Source of the DNA: a virus | Lineage: Duplodnaviria > Caudoviricetes | Direction: 5' to 3' (one strand) | IMG/VR virus record: IMGVR_UViG_3300020414_000007 | Coordinates: 1-64,000 of that record | Length of the DNA stretch: 64,000 bases | In this document: positions 1 to 8,907 of the stretch, piece after piece | How the letters are laid out: each line of letters opens with the position of its first letter | How positions within the stretch are numbered: the first letter of the stretch is position 1 | Notes under the pieces: model-generated | Databases searched by the model: none | Told to the model about the DNA's origin: nothing | What the model saw: the letters and a program-made list of their open reading frames with translations, nothing else | Translations under genes and position numbers: made by a program

Positions 1-894
1 CCTAAGGAAAAGCAGAATGCTGCAAAGGAGCGTCTTCTCGCTAAAGCAAAAGCAAAGCGTGCAAAACTGAAAGAAGAAACCATCAATGAGCGTGGTGATT
101 TCTGGCATCCTGATCCTGAGAAGGATCGTAAACTGGGTGGTCCTGGCGCTAACCAGCGTGCTCGTGAAGATCGTGCTGCTGCATCTAAACCTGCTGCTAA
201 GAAGGAAGATCCTAAGAAACTGCGTAAGGGTGAGTCCTATATGGACTACTCCAAGCGTCAGCAGGCATCGAAGAAACCTAGATATTCTCCTGAGTTGCAG
301 AAGCGTATCGACGCTGCTAAAGCAAAGAAGAAAGAAGGCATCGTCGGCAAGGTCATGCGTAAGATTGGTCTGAAGAAAGAAGGCACTATTACTTACAAAG
401 AGTTTATTGCAGAAGGCAACCGCACAGCTCGCATGATGCAGAAGTCCAAGACTCAGGTTACTGGACACATCAGTGCTGATAGAGGATCAGACGAGAAGAA
501 AAATCGCGAGAAGCGTAAAGGACTTGAGAAAGATCTCAAGAAGCATGGCATCGGTCACAAGAAAGGTGTGGGCGAATATAAGTATGACAGTGGAGAAACT
601 GGCCGAGAAGTTTCCTATCAGACCTCAAAACCTGATAAGATGTCTAAACGGCGCTTTGGCAAAGTCATGCGTCGCCTCGGTAGAAAGCATGGGCAAGAGT
701 CAGTAATCACTAAAGATAAGGACAAATCTGCCAAATTGCACTATACTGAGAAAGGTAGTAAAGCTAAATCCGATTCTATTGGAAAAACTAAAGCGGGAAA
801 ACATCCCGACAGCTACGGAGAGACTTCAGGCACTAAGGTCAGAAGTGGAAAACTCCCTAAGAAAACTAACAAAGGAGCATATCATTATGGCTAG
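1..894 (+). CDS. 5'-truncated Lys-rich putative internal head (poly)protein
   Basis: Frame 1 is open from base 1 (PKEKQNAAKERLLAKAKAKRAKLKEETINE...) into the listed ORF 241..894. Basic, with I/L-x-E motifs and TYKEFIAE, which resembles the T4 capsid-targeting sequence MKTYQEFIAE. Confidence 0.6.
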   Translation, partial: PKEKQNAAKERLLAKAKAKRAKLKEETINERGDFWHPDPEKDRKLGGPGANQRAREDRAAASKPAAKKEDPKKLRKGESYMDYSKRQQASKKPRYSPELQKRIDAAKAKKKEGIVGKVMRKIGLKKEGTITYKEFIAEGNRTARMMQKSKTQVTGHISADRGSDEKKNREKRKGLEKDLKKHGIGHKKGVGEYKYDSGETGREVSYQTSKPDKMSKRRFGKVMRRLGRKHGQESVITKDKDKSAKLHYTEKGSKAKSDSIGKTKAGKHPDSYGETSGTKVRSGKLPKKTNKGAYHYG

Positions 895-1024
895 TCAAAC
901 GCCTGAAGGTGTTTGGGTGTGTGCACATTGTGGACTCACTGCACCTCGTGGACATTGGCGTCCTAAAACTTGGATCGAAAAGCACGAGATGAATTGTGCA
1001 TCTAACCCCAAAAATAAAAAATGA
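887..1024 (+). CDS. small Zn-finger-like protein (45 aa)
   Basis: MASQTPEGVWVCAHCG...HEMNC has CxxC plus HxxxC; overlaps both neighbours. Confidence 0.55.
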   Translation: MASQTPEGVWVCAHCGLTAPRGHWRPKTWIEKHEMNCASNPKNKK

Positions 1025-1488
1025 AATCTTTCTCTGAATTCAACAAAGAAACTGTCGATGAAGGTGTAGGTCTATCAGTCGCGAGGGCGATTGACAAGAC
1101 TAATCCTCCATTGGGTAGACCCTCAAGACGTAGGGCAGTTTCTAATGCGTTGAAGATGAGAGAAGTGATGAAGGGTGCTAAGAAGCGCAAAGATGAAAAG
1201 GGTAAGTCTCCTGTAAATTTCATGCAGGATAAAGACTATCAAAAAGAGGACTGGCAGAAAAAGTCAGGCAAAAATGATGAAGGTGGATTGAATGAAAAAG
1301 GACGCAAGAGCTACGAAAGAGAAAATCCAGGAAGCGATCTTAAGAGACCTTCAAAGAAAGTTGGGAACCCTCGTAGAGCGAGTTTTTGTGCGCGAATGAG
1401 CGGCATGAAAAAGAAACTCACTTCTAAAAAAACTGCGAATGATCCCGATAGCAGAATTAACAAATCACTTAGAGCTTGGAATTGTTGA
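1021..1488 (+). CDS. basic putative internal head protein
   Basis: N-terminus MKSFSEFNKE is CTS-like; C-terminal domain WQKKSGKN..GGLNEKGR...SFCARM...W.C is common in phages. Confidence 0.65.
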   Translation: MKSFSEFNKETVDEGVGLSVARAIDKTNPPLGRPSRRRAVSNALKMREVMKGAKKRKDEKGKSPVNFMQDKDYQKEDWQKKSGKNDEGGLNEKGRKSYERENPGSDLKRPSKKVGNPRRASFCARMSGMKKKLTSKKTANDPDSRINKSLRAWNC

Positions 1489-1499
1489 GGTAGGTTATT

Positions 1500-1787
1500 A
1501 TGGAATTTTCGGACTTCTCCCTTGAGAGAAAGGAGTGTGAGAAGTGTGGTGCCACATGGATTAATGGTAAACATGTATGGCGCGGCACTGGAGCACAGAG
1601 CGACTCTTCGGAGTTAGATCTGGCAGGTCTAGTTTGTAATAAGTATGGTAACGACCAGTGCATCAATCCTAAGAAAGGAGTGGATGGTGGACAAACTTGG
1701 GAGTATCGTGCTGGGTATATTGATGGTATGATTGAGGGAAGAAAGAAGGCTCTCACTGACTTTAATACGTCAGTAGATCCTGACTGA
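1500..1787 (+). CDS. Cys-containing hypothetical protein
   Basis: CEKCGATWING...LAGLVCNKYG..CINP; SD GAGGT upstream. Confidence 0.7.
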   Translation: MEFSDFSLERKECEKCGATWINGKHVWRGTGAQSDSSELDLAGLVCNKYGNDQCINPKKGVDGGQTWEYRAGYIDGMIEGRKKALTDFNTSVDPD

Positions 1788-1843
1788 ATTGTAACGACTA
1801 AGCACAATTACACATACATAAGGTAGTTGCATAACGAGACTTA

Positions 1844-2167
1844 ATGAAGTTTTTAGTTGCATTTCTTGCCTCATTTTTTATTGCCCTACCAGCATGGGCA
1901 GTTGATGTTACAATGGGATCAAATGGTAATTTGATTTTTGATCCTAGCGACATTAGTATTTCAGTTGGAGATACTGTCCATTTTGTTAATGGTATGTTGC
2001 CTCCTCACAATATCATCTTTGAAGGAAGAGAAGATCTCAGCAGAGAATCTTTGATGTTTTCACCAGGTGAATCTCAAGATATTACTTTTAACGAAGCAGG
2101 AGATTATGAATTCTTCTGTGCACCCCACCAAGGCGCTGGCATGACGGGGGTGATTCACGTTTCATGA
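1844..2167 (+). CDS. petE: plastocyanin
   Basis: Signal peptide ending AWA; type-1 Cu ligands PHN and CAPHQGAGM. Confidence 0.95.
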   Translation: MKFLVAFLASFFIALPAWAVDVTMGSNGNLIFDPSDISISVGDTVHFVNGMLPPHNIIFEGREDLSRESLMFSPGESQDITFNEAGDYEFFCAPHQGAGMTGVIHVS

Positions 2168-2664
2168 GACAGATTAACGTTACTGTCCTAAACATAACGG
2201 TTGCGATACTGGATTTCCTATATCGTAATCACGATATACAACGTTTTTGGGTGTTAGAGGTTATTGCTCGTGCACCCTATTTTGCTTTCTTGAGTGTCCT
2301 ACATTACAAGGAGTCTCTAGGATTAAGGACTGAAGCACACTTTCATTTAATGAAAGAGCACTTTTATCAAACAGTCAATGAAACAGAACACTTACAAGAA
2401 ATGGAAAGACGTGGAGGCGCTGATCGTTGGATTGATCGCTTCCTCGCTTATCATTTGGTTCTTGTCTACTATTGGTGTAACGTGGGGTATTATTTTATTG
2501 CTCCTAAGTCTGCTTATCATCTGAGTGAGCAAGTTGAGATACATGCTGCTCACACATATGAGAAATACCTGACAACCCATGAAGATGAGAAAATACTTGC
2601 TATAATGAAAGACGAACAGCAGCACGCAAAAGAGCTGTCTGATGCTATAGCAATGCTCACATAG
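2164..2664 (+). CDS. ptox: plastoquinol terminal oxidase
   Basis: RFWVLEVIARAPYFAFLSVLH and two ExxH di-iron motifs (ETEH, EQQH). Confidence 0.93.
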   Translation: MRQINVTVLNITVAILDFLYRNHDIQRFWVLEVIARAPYFAFLSVLHYKESLGLRTEAHFHLMKEHFYQTVNETEHLQEMERRGGADRWIDRFLAYHLVLVYYWCNVGYYFIAPKSAYHLSEQVEIHAAHTYEKYLTTHEDEKILAIMKDEQQHAKELSDAIAMLT

Positions 2665-2676
2665 AATTTACAAAGT

Positions 2677-3735
2677 ATGAAAGTAGGAATTATTGGTCTC
2701 GGTCGTATGGGCGAGGGCATGTCCCGTCGTCTGATGAAAAATGGTCATGAGGTGTGGGGATTCCGTAGGAATCTCAAGAAAGCCGAAGAGGCATATGAAA
2801 ATGGTCATGTCTCTGGCATTGCTTACACACTCAAACAACTTGTAGAAGTTGTGCACAGGCAGCCATCCATCTATGGAGAGAAGTCAGGTGAAACAATGTA
2901 TTCACCTGCAGTCTTTATGATGGTTGTGCCTGCAGAAAACGTAGAGGATACTATCAATGAGTTACTACAATTTTGTAGTCAAGGAGATATTATTATTGAT
3001 CATGGCAATAGCAATTTTAAGGACAGTCGGAAAAGAGCCGAGCGTCTTGCAAAATTGGGCATCGCGTATATTGACTGTGGCACTTCTGGTGGTGTTTACG
3101 GTTTGGACCGTGGATACTGTCTTATGGTTGGTGGCGGAGATACTGCAGTATCCGCCTGCTCTCCAATCTTTAATGCACTCGCACCAGGTATTGAATCAGC
3201 ACCTCGTACAGCAACTGGCGATTACATAAGTCCTGCAGAGCGTGGATGGTTGCATTGTGGTGGTCCTGGCGCAGGACACTTTGTCAAAATGGTACATAAT
3301 GGTGTAGAATATGGTATCATGCAAGCCTATGCAGAGGGTTTTAATATCCTTAAAGAGGCAAATGCAGGAAGAGCTTATGTGGCTGAGGGTGACGCCGAAG
3401 TGGCTCCCATGGAATGCCCCGAAGATTATTGTTACGACATTGATGTACCTGAGGTTGCTGAGTTGTGGCGTCGCGGTAGCGTGGTTGGGAGTTGGTTACT
3501 TGATCTTACTGCGTCTGTACTACGAAGCGACCCTCAACTTGATAAGTTTGACGGGGGTGTATCCGATAGTGGCGAAGGTCGTTGGACTGTTCATACCGCT
3601 GTGGACCTTGGCGTACCCGCTCCTGTATTATCTACGGCTCTTTATGAAAGATTCTCTTCCAGAGGACTAGGCAAATTTGCATACAAAATCCTTAACGGGA
3701 TGCGTTACATGTTTGGAGGACACAACGTACGATGA
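2677..3735 (+). CDS. gnd: 6-phosphogluconate dehydrogenase (short type)
   Basis: GIIGLGRMG Rossmann motif, DCGTSGG, GHFVKMVHNGVEYG. Confidence 0.96.
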   Translation: MKVGIIGLGRMGEGMSRRLMKNGHEVWGFRRNLKKAEEAYENGHVSGIAYTLKQLVEVVHRQPSIYGEKSGETMYSPAVFMMVVPAENVEDTINELLQFCSQGDIIIDHGNSNFKDSRKRAERLAKLGIAYIDCGTSGGVYGLDRGYCLMVGGGDTAVSACSPIFNALAPGIESAPRTATGDYISPAERGWLHCGGPGAGHFVKMVHNGVEYGIMQAYAEGFNILKEANAGRAYVAEGDAEVAPMECPEDYCYDIDVPEVAELWRRGSVVGSWLLDLTASVLRSDPQLDKFDGGVSDSGEGRWTVHTAVDLGVPAPVLSTALYERFSSRGLGKFAYKILNGMRYMFGGHNVR

Positions 3736-3959
3736 AAACAACTGAAACTAATCAACAACTACTAGAGAGATTTGATAAAAGAATCAAACAACTCTCAGAA
3801 GAGCAAGGTAAACTAGACCAAGCTTATGAAAGGTGGTTGGAATTAGAAGTCATGCTGACTCGATTGGAGGGATCAAAGCAAGCCATTGAATATCTAGAGT
3901 ATGGTAAACTTCCTAATGATGGTCAACACACTGGTATGAAAGACCATGCACCTCGGTGA
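3732..3959 (+). CDS. hypothetical coiled-coil protein
   Basis: ATGA overlap with gnd; heptad-like sequence. Confidence 0.65.
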   Translation: MKTTETNQQLLERFDKRIKQLSEEQGKLDQAYERWLELEVMLTRLEGSKQAIEYLEYGKLPNDGQHTGMKDHAPR

Positions 3960-4077
3960 TTTTCTTAAATGGATCGCGGTACCCTTTGTATTATCCACAA
4001 TATATTTCGGGGTACGAAAAGGTGAAAATAACTACTACGAGTCGGATGATTATGACGGAAACGGAACAGCGCACTAA
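3946..4077 (+). CDS. ndhP: NdhP-like small subunit of the NDH-1L complex (43 aa, absent from the ORF track)
   Basis: MHLGDFLKWIAVPFVLSTIYFGVRKGENNYYESDDYDGNGTAH: one TM helix plus the FG..(G)..Y...Y.GNG(S/T)AH tail typical of cyanobacterial NdhP. Confidence 0.8.
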   Translation: MHLGDFLKWIAVPFVLSTIYFGVRKGENNYYESDDYDGNGTAH

Positions 4078-5392
4078 GGGTCTTGTTATCTTTGGTGCCA
4101 CTGGTGATTTGTGTAAAAAGAAAATTATCCCTGCACTTTATAATCTCTGGAAGAAAGGTCTTCTTCCAGAGAATTTTGTTATAACAGGGACTGCTCGACG
4201 AGAACCTACAGTAGAGCAGTGGAAACAATCACTTGGTGATTACCCAGAAAAGTTTTTTCACCATCTGGATTATGTTTCAACGGATCTGACTAATCCAGAA
4301 ACGTTTACTCACTTACCAGATTACTTAGAAGATAATACATATTTCCTATCAGTTCCTCCAGAAAGATATGAAGATGCTATCATCAATCTCAAAGAAGCAG
4401 GACTCCTCGACAACCCAGAAACATCCCGTCTGGTTATTGAGAAACCCTTTGGGTACGATTATAAATCTGCTGATCATCTACAGTCTGTGGTGGGGAGATA
4501 TCTACGCGAGAAACAGGTATATCGCATCGACCATTATCTTGGCAAAGATACTGTTAACAATATTCTTGCTACGCGCTTTAGCAATATTTTGCTTGAGCCA
4601 ATTTGGAATCGGGAATATATAGATGAAATTCAAATCTTTGCAACTGAAACTATTGGTTGTGAAGGTCGCTCACAATACTATGAGACATCAGGTGCAGTGA
4701 GGGATATGCTACAGAATCATGTCTTGCAAGTCTTGGCATTGATTGCTTGTGATGCTCCTTACAAAATGAATGCTAGGGAACTCAGACGTGAGAAGACAAA
4801 AGTCTTAGCTGCCACTAGAATTAGCGAGAATATGGTCCTTGGACAGTATGATACTTACCGTAATGAAGAGGGCGTTAGTCCTAGCAGTAACACTCCTACC
4901 TATTGTGCTGGTACTTTATATGTCGATAACTGGAGATGGAAAGGAGTTCCTTTTAACATCATGACAGGTAAAAAACTACCCTATCAATGTGTAGAGGTAG
5001 TGGTAAAACTTAAAGCACCACCAGTAAAATTGTATGATGGTGAGGTCAATGACCGTATCGTCATGCGATTGCAACCAAGACCACACTTGGACATTCGGAT
5101 CGATATTAAATCGCCTGGTCTTAATAGCGATCTAGAGTTAGCAACTCTAACTCACGACTATCCACAGGACAGAGCTATCGACGGTTATGAGAAACTTCTT
5201 TATGACGCTATCAATGGGGACCAGTCCCACTTTGTACACGCTGATGAAGTCATGGAATCATGGAGAATCGTTGATGATCTTCTCTGCACTGGTGACACTT
5301 GTCCCATTCGCACTACTCCTTACATCTATACTGGTGGGTGGGGACCATGGCACAAAACACAAAACATAACAGATTGGGATTATCCAGCATGA
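4046..5392 (+). CDS. zwf: glucose-6-phosphate dehydrogenase
   Basis: GATGDL, IEKPFG, RIDHYLGK, DMLQNH; start moved from 3956 to the ATG at 4046 or 4052. Confidence 0.96.
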   Translation: MIMTETEQRTKGLVIFGATGDLCKKKIIPALYNLWKKGLLPENFVITGTARREPTVEQWKQSLGDYPEKFFHHLDYVSTDLTNPETFTHLPDYLEDNTYFLSVPPERYEDAIINLKEAGLLDNPETSRLVIEKPFGYDYKSADHLQSVVGRYLREKQVYRIDHYLGKDTVNNILATRFSNILLEPIWNREYIDEIQIFATETIGCEGRSQYYETSGAVRDMLQNHVLQVLALIACDAPYKMNARELRREKTKVLAATRISENMVLGQYDTYRNEEGVSPSSNTPTYCAGTLYVDNWRWKGVPFNIMTGKKLPYQCVEVVVKLKAPPVKLYDGEVNDRIVMRLQPRPHLDIRIDIKSPGLNSDLELATLTHDYPQDRAIDGYEKLLYDAINGDQSHFVHADEVMESWRIVDDLLCTGDTCPIRTTPYIYTGGWGPWHKTQNITDWDYPA

Positions 5393-5589
5393 GAAACGAA
5401 ATTCTTACTGCTCTCAGGACAGACGCTGAGGGCAACATCCAAAAAGCAAGACTCAACATTGAGATCTATCTAAAAAATCCTGTAGGTATCGGTGAGCATC
5501 CTGATGTCCTTGGTGCTATTCAAGAGCAACTGGATATCATTGCCCATGAGCAAGAGCGTATTGATATGCTGCAGAAGTATTTCTCATGA
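5389..5589 (+). CDS. conserved cyanophage hypothetical protein
   Basis: MRNEIL...YLKNPVGIGEHPD; ATGA overlap with zwf. Confidence 0.75.
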   Translation: MRNEILTALRTDAEGNIQKARLNIEIYLKNPVGIGEHPDVLGAIQEQLDIIAHEQERIDMLQKYFS

Positions 5590-5644
5590 GTGCGATATTC
5601 GTATTAGGTTTTACTCTACTGCTCTGTATCACAATGGAAATGAC

Positions 5645-5803
5645 ATGGACAAGGTAGCTTTACTGGTTAGACATACGATGGAGAGTCCTTATGGTATAGG
5701 GACTCTCTCAATGCTTTTGGTGTTTGTACCCATTTTGGGTATTTGGGCTATACATAAATATAATTGGGAGCACTGGGAACCCTTTGCCAAGAAACATAAA
5801 TGA
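5645..5803 (+). CDS. small membrane protein
   Basis: One TM segment, then HKYNWEHWEPF. Confidence 0.6.
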   Translation: MDKVALLVRHTMESPYGIGTLSMLLVFVPILGIWAIHKYNWEHWEPFAKKHK

Positions 5804-6012
5804 GATCACAACTCATTCTACTAGCATGTCTATCACCTATAGCTGTCATTTTTATAGTGATGAAACTTGCCGTTTGGATTGCCACAGCAAATGCTGAAGT
5901 TGATTATGTCAGACGAGAACCTTTACGAAAACGAGGACCCTTCGTGGCGGACCCGTATGCGGACGTTGATGAGGAGGAAGAGGAATATGGAGATCGCACA
6001 GACTATAGATGA
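5800..6012 (+). CDS. small membrane protein with acidic tail
   Basis: N-terminal TM segment; ATGA overlap. Confidence 0.6.
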   Translation: MRSQLILLACLSPIAVIFIVMKLAVWIATANAEVDYVRREPLRKRGPFVADPYADVDEEEEEYGDRTDYR

Positions 6013-6133
6013 GTCACTCGCAGAGTGGTATTCAGAGAGGGGTCTAGAGGTCCCCCAATGGAAGAGTAATGCAAACCCCCAGTGGTGGATTGACTACCTC
6101 GTTTCACTGGGAATCGACCCTAAAAACCCTTAA
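5987..6133 (+). CDS. hypothetical protein
   Basis: MEIAQTIDESLAEWY..., purine-rich SD upstream. Confidence 0.55.
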   Translation: MEIAQTIDESLAEWYSERGLEVPQWKSNANPQWWIDYLVSLGIDPKNP

Positions 6134-6342
6134 TGCATCAAGATCACGAAGACGAAGAAGAATCAAGATTCAGTTATAATTTGACAATAGAAGATATATG
6201 TCTTCTATATCATTGCGTAAATGAAACGATAAGACTTTGGCCAGGTGCCCCTGCTCGACCATATCATGAGCAAGAGCACCTTTCCCATCTACAGAAGGAG
6301 CTGTACAAAGGTATTCTCGATTTCAAATATAGAAACCTATGA
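6133..6342 (+). CDS. hypothetical protein
   Basis: WPGAPARP motif; TAATG coupling. Confidence 0.6.
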   Translation: MHQDHEDEEESRFSYNLTIEDICLLYHCVNETIRLWPGAPARPYHEQEHLSHLQKELYKGILDFKYRNL

Positions 6343-6545
6343 ATCTATTCCTTCGCCCATTAGCAGATGTCAACGGAGTCACTTGGAGTATCATTTGGAT
6401 GTTGGTGATACTGCTGGTAAGTGTAGCCTATGTTATCTACTATATACTAGGTATAGATGAGAGGGAATCACATGGGAGCCATGACACCCCCAAGCAGGAA
6501 GTCCTGCTACAACTTCCGAGTGACCGAGATAGTGAAGGTCCTTGA
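6339..6545 (+). CDS. small membrane protein
   Basis: LRPL..VN..TWSII followed by a TM helix. Confidence 0.6.
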   Translation: MNLFLRPLADVNGVTWSIIWMLVILLVSVAYVIYYILGIDERESHGSHDTPKQEVLLQLPSDRDSEGP

Positions 6546-6933
6546 CGGAGATACAATAGATGTACTTATCGATTTGGGATTTGATCTCTATAAAAAAGAA
6601 AGAGTTCGTATCGCTGGCGTCGATACTCCAGAAAAACGCACAAGGGATCTCGAAGAAAAAGCACTCGGAATTGACGCAACCAACTGGCTCAAAGATAAGT
6701 TGGAAGGTGCTATCGATGGTGATGACATGCTTACTATTCGCACAGAGCTTGTTGGCGGTGTGGGCAAGTACGGTCGCCTTCTCGGCTGGTTATACATTGG
6801 GGACGCAGAAGTCTCGCTTAATGAAGCAATGATCGAGGAAGGTTATGCTTGGCCATATGATGGTGGCACTAAGCAAAAAGACTTTGAAGAATTGAGAGAA
6901 ATTAGACGCGCACACGGGACGCTTGTTGAATGA
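6472..6933 (+). CDS. thermonuclease (SNase-like) family nuclease
   Basis: VLDGDT, RIAGVDTPE, GKYGRLL motifs. Confidence 0.88.
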   Translation: MGAMTPPSRKSCYNFRVTEIVKVLDGDTIDVLIDLGFDLYKKERVRIAGVDTPEKRTRDLEEKALGIDATNWLKDKLEGAIDGDDMLTIRTELVGGVGKYGRLLGWLYIGDAEVSLNEAMIEEGYAWPYDGGTKQKDFEELREIRRAHGTLVE

Positions 6934-8591
6934 GTCAGAATGAAATCTACCTTGGTAATCCTAATCTAAAACGTGCAAACGTTGCTCAGAATTTTACGCC
7001 TGAGCAAGTACAAGAATTTATAAAATGTCAGCAGGATCCAGTATATTTCATTAAAGAATATATCCAGATCGTTTCACTTGATAAAGGTCTGGTGCCATTT
7101 AGCATGTACGATTTCCAATCCGACATGGTGAGGAAGTTTCATGATAATAGATTTAATATTGCAAAACTACCACGACAGTCAGGTAAGTCCACAGTTGTGA
7201 CCGCTTATCTGTTGTGGTATGCACTGTTTAATGATCAAGTAAACATTGCCATTCTTGCTAACAAAGCAGCAACGGCAAGAGAAATGCTCCAACGCTTGCA
7301 ACTGTCTTATGAAAACCTCCCAAAATGGCTCCAGCAAGGGGTCATCAACTGGAACAGAGGATCGCTCGAATTGGAGAATGGAAGTAAAATCATGGCTGCT
7401 TCTACTTCTGCTTCTGCAGTCAGGGGTATGTCTTTTAATATCATCTTTCTGGACGAGTTTGCGTTTATTCCAACGCATATTGCTGATGAGTTCTTTAGCT
7501 CTGTTTATCCTACTATTTCTTCAGGTAAGTCTACTAAGGTGATTATCATCTCCACGCCAAAGGGGATGAATATGTTTTACAAACTCTGGCACGATGCGGA
7601 GAAAGGAAAGAATGAATACGTTACTACTGAGGTGCATTGGTCAGAGGTGCCAGGTAGAGACGCTGACTGGAAAGAGCAAACAATTCGCAACACATCAGAA
7701 GAGCAGTTTAACCAAGAATTTGAATGTGAATTCCTTGGATCTGTTAACACTCTGATTACATCATCTAAGTTAAAGACACTGGTATATGAGGACCCGATTA
7801 AATCTAATCAAGGATTAGATATCTTTGCCGAGCCAGTCCCAGAGCACACATACTGTATGACAGTTGACGTTGCTCGTGGTCTAACAAAAGATTATTCAGC
7901 ATTTTGTGTCATGGACACAACTACTATTCCATATAGGATGGTAGCGAAGTATAGAAACAATAAAATTAAACCACTGCTATTCCCAAACATCATTAATGAT
8001 GTTGCTAAAGCATATAATCATGCTTATGTAATGATTGAAGTAAATGATATTGGAGGACAGGTAGCAGATACTATGCAATTTGATTTGGAATATGACAATC
8101 TACTGATGTGCTCCATGCGTGGACGTGCTGGTCAGGTAGTTGGTCAAGGATTCTCTGGATCTAAAGTGCAATTAGGTGTTAAGATGTCTACCGCAGTCAA
8201 GAAGACTGGGTGCGCAAACATGAAACAGTTGATTGAAGATGACAAACTTATCTTTAATGACTATGATATCATTGCTGAGTTGACTACATTCATTCAAAAA
8301 GGTCAAGCATGGGAAGCAGAAGAAGGTTGTAATGATGACCTTGCTATGTGTCTTGTAATTTTCTCATGGTTGGCAACGTCAGATTACTTTAGAGAATTGC
8401 ATGACTCTGATGTCAGAGCACGCATGTATGCTGAGCAGAAAGAAGCAATCGAAGCTGATATGGCACCCTTTGGTTTTATATCTGATGGACTCGATGAAGA
8501 GACATTTGTCGATCCTGAAGGTCAGGTATGGAATAACGCAGAGAGTGTGGGTGAATATGGAGACATGTCGTATATGTGGGACTATAGATAA
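6930..8591 (+). CDS. g17: terminase large subunit
   Basis: RQSGKST Walker A, IFLDEFAF Walker B, DVARG and NDDL nuclease motifs. Confidence 0.97.
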   Translation: MSQNEIYLGNPNLKRANVAQNFTPEQVQEFIKCQQDPVYFIKEYIQIVSLDKGLVPFSMYDFQSDMVRKFHDNRFNIAKLPRQSGKSTVVTAYLLWYALFNDQVNIAILANKAATAREMLQRLQLSYENLPKWLQQGVINWNRGSLELENGSKIMAASTSASAVRGMSFNIIFLDEFAFIPTHIADEFFSSVYPTISSGKSTKVIIISTPKGMNMFYKLWHDAEKGKNEYVTTEVHWSEVPGRDADWKEQTIRNTSEEQFNQEFECEFLGSVNTLITSSKLKTLVYEDPIKSNQGLDIFAEPVPEHTYCMTVDVARGLTKDYSAFCVMDTTTIPYRMVAKYRNNKIKPLLFPNIINDVAKAYNHAYVMIEVNDIGGQVADTMQFDLEYDNLLMCSMRGRAGQVVGQGFSGSKVQLGVKMSTAVKKTGCANMKQLIEDDKLIFNDYDIIAELTTFIQKGQAWEAEEGCNDDLAMCLVIFSWLATSDYFRELHDSDVRARMYAEQKEAIEADMAPFGFISDGLDEETFVDPEGQVWNNAESVGEYGDMSYMWDYR

Positions 8592-8821
8592 TGGAATTAG
8601 ATCAGGAGTTTGGGTTAGAGCATTTACTATTTGTCCAAAGGAAATGCAAAATCTGTGGAGAGATTAAAACCCTTACCGATGATTTCTATAAGACTAGAAA
8701 AGACAGAGGTAACACGCCAGGTGCATATGCATATGAATGTAAGGGCTGTTATATCTGGAGAGTGAAACGAAATAAGAAGAGGAAACGTAAGATCGTAGAG
8801 TCTGACTATCCTGATTGGTAG
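8591..8821 (+). CDS. Zn-ribbon hypothetical protein
   Basis: CKIC...CKGC. Confidence 0.65.
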   Translation: MELDQEFGLEHLLFVQRKCKICGEIKTLTDDFYKTRKDRGNTPGAYAYECKGCYIWRVKRNKKRKRKIVESDYPDW

Positions 8822-8858
8822 TTTACGGCTGGTTTCCCCAGTGAAATAATGCATTTCA

Positions 8859-8865
8859 ATAAATA
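8859..8865 (+). promoter_or_regulatory. T4-type late promoter for g18
   Basis: ATAAATA 43 nt upstream of the g18 ATG. Confidence 0.7.
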
Positions 8866-8907
8866 ATTTCAGCATCTTTGATAGAATTTCAATCAGGAGA
8901 TTAACCG

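Noticed and set aside
3956-4045. N-terminal extension of zwf in the ORF track
   Set aside because: Overlaps the NdhP-like ORF; Zwf homology begins after the ATG at 4046/4052
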